Positions 60,261 to 64,000 of a stretch of 64,000 nucleotides of DNA are shown here, piece after piece. The notes under the pieces are model-generated. The model searched no databases. It saw only the letters and a program-made list of their open reading frames with translations, and was not told the DNA's origin. The position numbers and the translations under genes are program-made. Numbering within the stretch: position 1 is the stretch's first letter; every line of letters starts with the position of its first letter. This DNA comes from Thermoanaerobaculia bacterium (GTDB lineage: Bacteria; Acidobacteriota; Thermoanaerobaculia; Multivoradales; JAHEKO01): the NCBI GenBank assembly GCA_947259725.1, contig CAMYNM010000015.1, positions 4,227 through 68,226 on the forward strand. Reading direction: 5' to 3'.

Positions 60261-61892
60261 CTACCCGGCTGCGTCGGAGTCGCCTCGCTCGGGCACCAGG
60301 AGGCCGTGGCGTTCGTGCGTGCGGCGGACGGCCGGATTCCCGAGCACCTGCTCATAGATCCAGGTGTAGTGCCTGAAGCCGGAGAGCACCCGTCGCGCCT
60401 CCTCCTCGCCGAGGAGTTTCGACAGCGCCTGGAACTCCAGGTCGCAGATGACCAGATGCAAGTAGGTGCTGCGCTCGTTGCGGGCGCCGGTGCTTCCCCC
60501 GGAGGGCACTTCGGGAAAGATCTCCCGAAGATCCGCCAGGGCGGCGTCCAGGCCTTGCATCCTGCCGCTTCGAAACCAATGAAACTGCTCGTGAAGAAGC
60601 GTCGCAAGCTGCGCCGCATCGTCGTCCAGAGGGTCCGTGTTGACCGTCAGGACCGGATGGCTGTGCGGAATCTCCTCGGCCTCGTCGATGAAGATTCTGC
60701 GGGTGAAGAGCCAGGGTTCGAGATCGTAGTTGCTCAAAAGGCGCGCGAGCTGCGCTCGGGTTCGTATCTCCCTTTCGGTGCCGTTGGCCATACCGATCTC
60801 GACCGAGCCCACCCGGATATAGACCCGTCGCCAGGGAAAGCCCTCGCTACTCTCCATGCCGGGCAGGGGATCGACCCAGGCGCCGTCGCGCCGGATTCGA
60901 AAGACGCCGCGCAGGCCGTCGACGCCTTGCCGAAAGAAAGTGCGTTGAAACTGCAGCGTGGCGCCGTTCGGTCCGGCCACGGCCCCCTCGCTGAACGGAA
61001 GCGAGTCGCCGGGCGCATAGTGAACGTTCATATTGAGACGCACCGCGCCGTCGTCGAGGATGTCGATGTCCCCGTCCTCGGTGATCCGGCCGCCGGAGAG
61101 GCGATAGACCGTGAGAAAGGTGAATCGCTTCCGAACCGGGTTCCAGACGACCATGCTCTCGTACTCTGGCTCGAGCCCGCCGTCGGCGGTCGGGCTCATG
61201 CCGGTCATCCGTAGATATGAGCGCTTCTGGTCACCCCATTCGAAGGCCATGGTCGGCGCCGCGGTTCCCTCGCCTCTCGGCCGAAAATGCGCCTGCCACT
61301 CCCCCACCAGCCAGGCGAGCGGCTCGAAGGCCGGGTAGACGTCTCTCGCAACGGCCTCGCTCTTGCGCTCGAGAGTAGCCCTGAACCTGGGCGCGGCGTG
61401 ACGCTCGAGGTCGTAGACGAGTTTCCGGCCGTCCGGATCGAGCTCGAGCGTCCAGACGTTCGTCGCGGCCTCCGGAATCAGCTCCTTCGTGTGAGCGTCG
61501 GCCGCGAAGGACTGCGACCCCGCGCTCCCTGCCTCCGTCGCCCAGCCACCGTACATCGTGATCTCGTCGGGCGTGCCGTCCTCGTGCCGGTGGTCGTGCC
61601 GGAGCAGTAAGCCCTCTTCGCTCCGCGTCAGGACCCATGTGCGCGACCGATCGTCGCCAACGGCGAAGGGAATCCGGATCTCGCTCGCTCCACAGTCCGC
61701 GATCTCGGCGCGCAGGAGCTTGCCCACGAAGGGCCCCTCTTCCGGGAAGCTCGAGTGGCCTTCGAAGACCGCGCCGCAGAGAGCGGAGAGCCGCTCGAAG
61801 AAGGCCTCGCGCGAATCCATGTCCTCGCCGGCGGCTCCCGCAGCCGTCGCAACGCCCAGGAGTACCAGAACCGAAAGGACTAGTGCCATCAC
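60261..61892 (-). CDS. Secreted three-part hypothetical protein with a C-terminal HExxH motif
   Basis: Signal peptide. Middle region LAWLVGEWQ is lipocalin/DUF1579-like. The C-terminal region carries PHSHPVLTVNT and LLHEQFHWF. A CTAGACT box (revcomp of 61899-61905) lies 6 nt before the GTG at 61892. ATG at 61889 is an alternative start. Confidence 0.6.
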   Translation of the reverse strand: MMALVLSVLVLLGVATAAGAAGEDMDSREAFFERLSALCGAVFEGHSSFPEEGPFVGKLLRAEIADCGASEIRIPFAVGDDRSRTWVLTRSEEGLLLRHDHRHEDGTPDEITMYGGWATEAGSAGSQSFAADAHTKELIPEAATNVWTLELDPDGRKLVYDLERHAAPRFRATLERKSEAVARDVYPAFEPLAWLVGEWQAHFRPRGEGTAAPTMAFEWGDQKRSYLRMTGMSPTADGGLEPEYESMVVWNPVRKRFTFLTVYRLSGGRITEDGDIDILDDGAVRLNMNVHYAPGDSLPFSEGAVAGPNGATLQFQRTFFRQGVDGLRGVFRIRRDGAWVDPLPGMESSEGFPWRRVYIRVGSVEIGMANGTEREIRTRAQLARLLSNYDLEPWLFTRRIFIDEAEEIPHSHPVLTVNTDPLDDDAAQLATLLHEQFHWFRSGRMQGLDAALADLREIFPEVPSGGSTGARNERSTYLHLVICDLEFQALSKLLGEEEARRVLSGFRHYTWIYEQVLGNPAVRRTHERHGLLVPERGDSDAAG

Positions 61893-62039
61893 CGGCGCAG
61901 TCTAGCAACGGCCGCGGGCCGCGGCTTTTGCGTCCGGCCGCCGTCCGGTAAACTTGTATATGCAACCTAATCGAGAAAGCACCGCATAAAGCTCGCAAGG
62001 AAACCGAATGAGCCACCCGCAAAGCTCCCCAACAAGAGC

Positions 62040-62068
62040 GCGGTAACGAGCAGTTCGGTAATCACCGC
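62040..62068 (-). terminator. Hairpin immediately after the DUF3592 gene stop
   Basis: On the minus strand, GCGGUGA / UUACCGC (7 bp including one G-U pair) with a 15-nt loop, followed by GCUCUUGUUG. Confidence 0.35.
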
Positions 62069-62069
62069 T

Positions 62070-63791
62070 CTATCCTATTACCCGCACCTCGAACGTCTCG
62101 TTGACGTCCGGCCAGAAGGCGATCTCGCCGTGAAGCATGAGCTTCCATCGGATCGCAACGTCACCGTCTGAGGAGAGCGGCGTGTCCGCGGGCACCTCGA
62201 AGCTCGCGGCGCCGTCGGCGAGCGGCTGATCCGGCCCGCGATCAAGGACTGGAATGGTCGGCGTGTCGAGCGCCCGGCTCTCGATGCTCAGGCTGGAACC
62301 GGTTTCTCTCGTTGTCGTTTCGGTCGCTTCGAGCCAGATCCTGAGGTGCCGGATGCGGCCACCGAATCCCCGGAATGCCCACTCGATCTGCGCCGATTCG
62401 CCCGCCTTGAGCGCACCCGGCGACAGCTGCACGCGGGGCCGCGGGTTAACCAGCGCGAGGATCGAGTACGGAACGCTCACGAGCAGCAGGAGGCCGATGA
62501 GAACGAAGGGCGCCAAAATGATGATCACGAACCACTCGGGGTTTCCGGCCCTCCAGCTCTTCACGACCTGCCACACGAAGATAGAGATGAATCCGTTCCA
62601 GAAGAGCGCTCCGACGGTCGCACAACCCAGCCTGCCCATCGGACCGATGCTCGGCTCGAGGACTATCGAGCCCGCCGGCGTCTCGATCGCCGAGCCACCC
62701 GATGCCCAGCCAAAGCCGCCGTAGGCTCCGCCGGCAGCCGCTTCCCCCGAGACAGCAAGGTCCGGCCAGGAGGCGATCGCGGCATCCTGCCTGGCGCCAC
62801 GCAAGACCTTGATCCCGAAAGCCAGCCCGCCCATTCCGATGAGGGCAAACAGGAGCGGAACCAGACCGAACAGGTAGTCGCCGGTAAATCCCCGTTCGAT
62901 GACCGCGTCGAAGGGATCCTCCGGGTTGACGTAGCACACGGTGGTCGCGCCCGCGGGGAGCGCCTCGACGATCCGGGCCTTGCCGTCGTAGGCTCCGGAC
63001 GAGCCGCCGATGAACTGATACCGGTTCGCTCGGTACTCGCGCCCTCCGAGCTCGTAACGGAACAGAGCATCGATGCTGTAGGTGGCGCCGTCGTCGCCGG
63101 GGTGCGACCGCACCTCGCTCGAGAGAATCTCGCAGGGGACCTCGGTCCAGAAGCGGGCCTCGACGACCTGAAGCGCGGGTCGGACGAAGAAGGGAATCAA
63201 GACCCCGGCTCCAAACAGGAAGAAGACGCCGGGCAAAAAGATCAGCGCCGCGATCTTGACGCCGGACACCGCCCTCTCCCGAACCGGTCCCCGATCGCCT
63301 GGCTCTTCTTCAACGTCGGATCGGGTACGAGGGCCATGCAACAGCCACAGCGCCCCGCCGCCCACGGCGACGAAGGCCAGGGGCACGAGGATCCAGAACC
63401 CCTGCCAAAGGTCGGCGCGGCGCAGATAGGATTCGCCGGGCTCGTCGGGATCGACCCAGCACTGCGACCGGCTACCCACCGCGTAACGGCTGACCAGGAT
63501 CTCCGCTTCGGAGGCGAGCTCGGAGCCGGCGTACCCATGGCGATAGCCGTCTCCGAGCTGCTGCTCACCGCGGTGGAAGTAGCGATAGGAGACCTGGAAC
63601 TCAGAGTCGCCGTAGTCTGGGCGCTCCACCGCCTCGGAGGACTCGATCGTGCAGGTCGACTCCTCCCAGAACCAGGTGTCGAGTCCCTGCACCCAGTCGA
63701 TCGCCACCGCCACCGCCCCCATCAGGCCGACGGCGGTAAACAGGCCGAGCAGGACGATCTGGACGAGCGCCGGCGCGCGCATCGCTCTCAC
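62070..63791 (-). CDS. Membrane protein with two DUF3592 modules and a C-terminal beta-sandwich-like domain
   Basis: Two repeats of the TM-[WxE..C.I..S......]-...Y.V....C.V.P..P-TM pattern (WFWEESTCTIESSE...SQCWVDPDEP and RFWTEVPCEILSSE...TVCYVNPEDP), which is the DUF3592 signature. Several TM helices. Confidence 0.7.
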   Translation of the reverse strand: MRAMRAPALVQIVLLGLFTAVGLMGAVAVAIDWVQGLDTWFWEESTCTIESSEAVERPDYGDSEFQVSYRYFHRGEQQLGDGYRHGYAGSELASEAEILVSRYAVGSRSQCWVDPDEPGESYLRRADLWQGFWILVPLAFVAVGGGALWLLHGPRTRSDVEEEPGDRGPVRERAVSGVKIAALIFLPGVFFLFGAGVLIPFFVRPALQVVEARFWTEVPCEILSSEVRSHPGDDGATYSIDALFRYELGGREYRANRYQFIGGSSGAYDGKARIVEALPAGATTVCYVNPEDPFDAVIERGFTGDYLFGLVPLLFALIGMGGLAFGIKVLRGARQDAAIASWPDLAVSGEAAAGGAYGGFGWASGGSAIETPAGSIVLEPSIGPMGRLGCATVGALFWNGFISIFVWQVVKSWRAGNPEWFVIIILAPFVLIGLLLLVSVPYSILALVNPRPRVQLSPGALKAGESAQIEWAFRGFGGRIRHLRIWLEATETTTRETGSSLSIESRALDTPTIPVLDRGPDQPLADGAASFEVPADTPLSSDGDVAIRWKLMLHGEIAFWPDVNETFEVRVIG

Positions 63792-63820
63792 AGCGTGTTC
63801 ATCTCGGGCATCGCCGCAGA

Positions 63821-64000
63821 CTACCCGGCATCGCTCACTTTCCTTGCCCCTCCCAGACCTACCTTCTCCAGGAGTTTCCGATAGCGAGGGTCCGCACGAA
63901 GGCTAGTGAAGTGCGGGTTGAGAGCTAGGTGACTCAGTCCGCTGTCGCGCTGAGTGTAGGCTCGGTTCAGCCATTCCCATGCGCGATCGGCATCCCCTCG
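63821..64000 (-). CDS. 3' end of a gene running out of the window: the C-terminal tail typical of TPR-repeat proteins
   Basis: Translating the minus strand from 64000 gives RGDADRAWEWLNRAYTQRDSGLSHLALNPHFTSLRADPRYRKLLEKVGL...*, a common TPR C-terminal module. Stop at 63821-63823. It is absent from the ORF track because the start lies outside the window. Confidence 0.5.
   Translation of the reverse strand, partial: RGDADRAWEWLNRAYTQRDSGLSHLALNPHFTSLRADPRYRKLLEKVGLGGARKVSDAG

Noticed and set aside
1-64000. CRISPR arrays, tandem repeats, IS elements, integrases, prophage genes and recognisable defence systems.
   Set aside because: I saw no regularly spaced direct repeats, no transposase, recombinase or phage-structural motifs in any frame, and no known defence-gene signatures. 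The only repeats are short hairpins and promoter boxes.

Overview
This is a GC-rich bacterial chromosomal window (roughly two-thirds G+C by eye, with strong GC3 bias in the real reading frames). It holds about 60 densely packed protein-coding genes. I found no rRNA, tRNA, CRISPR array, transposase, integrase or phage gene. Two VWA proteins of the TIGR03436 type, a TonB-dependent receptor with a CarboxypepD_reg N-terminus, and many secreted or lipoprotein hydrolases point to an Acidobacteriota-like organism; that assignment is inference only. All product calls come from motifs I recognised by eye in the translated ORFs, because no searches were possible. Many long ORFs in the six-frame track are antisense shadows or false N-terminal extensions typical of high-GC DNA. 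I re-placed several starts using Shine-Dalgarno sequences, signal peptides or promoter boxes. I did not find an unambiguous new multi-gene system such as a defence island. The observations most worth a second look are: (1) an AhpD/CMD-family gene (45348-45935) that the ORF track splits at an in-frame TGA. The TGA sits at the second Cys position of the CxxC redox motif and has a SECIS-like hairpin 11 nt downstream, so this is a likely selenoprotein. (2) A tightly coupled seven-gene minus-strand operon (11120-18150) of amine and amino-acid enzymes, including a kinase/phospho-lyase fusion and a GGACT-like cyclotransferase. It matches no named pathway that I know. (3) A two-gene module (27192-29917) pairing an Ntn-type glutamine amidotransferase with an unusual SRPBCC plus membrane-interrupted alpha/beta-hydrolase protein. 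(4) An unannotated small signal-peptide, Cys-rich ORF (18223-18450). (5) A recurring CTAGAAT/CTAGACT-type -10 box placed 6-9 nt from start codons, which implies widespread leaderless mRNAs. (6) An 83-nt bulged stem-loop in the low-GC leader of the TonB receptor gene. There are also two gene remnants and several local oddities.
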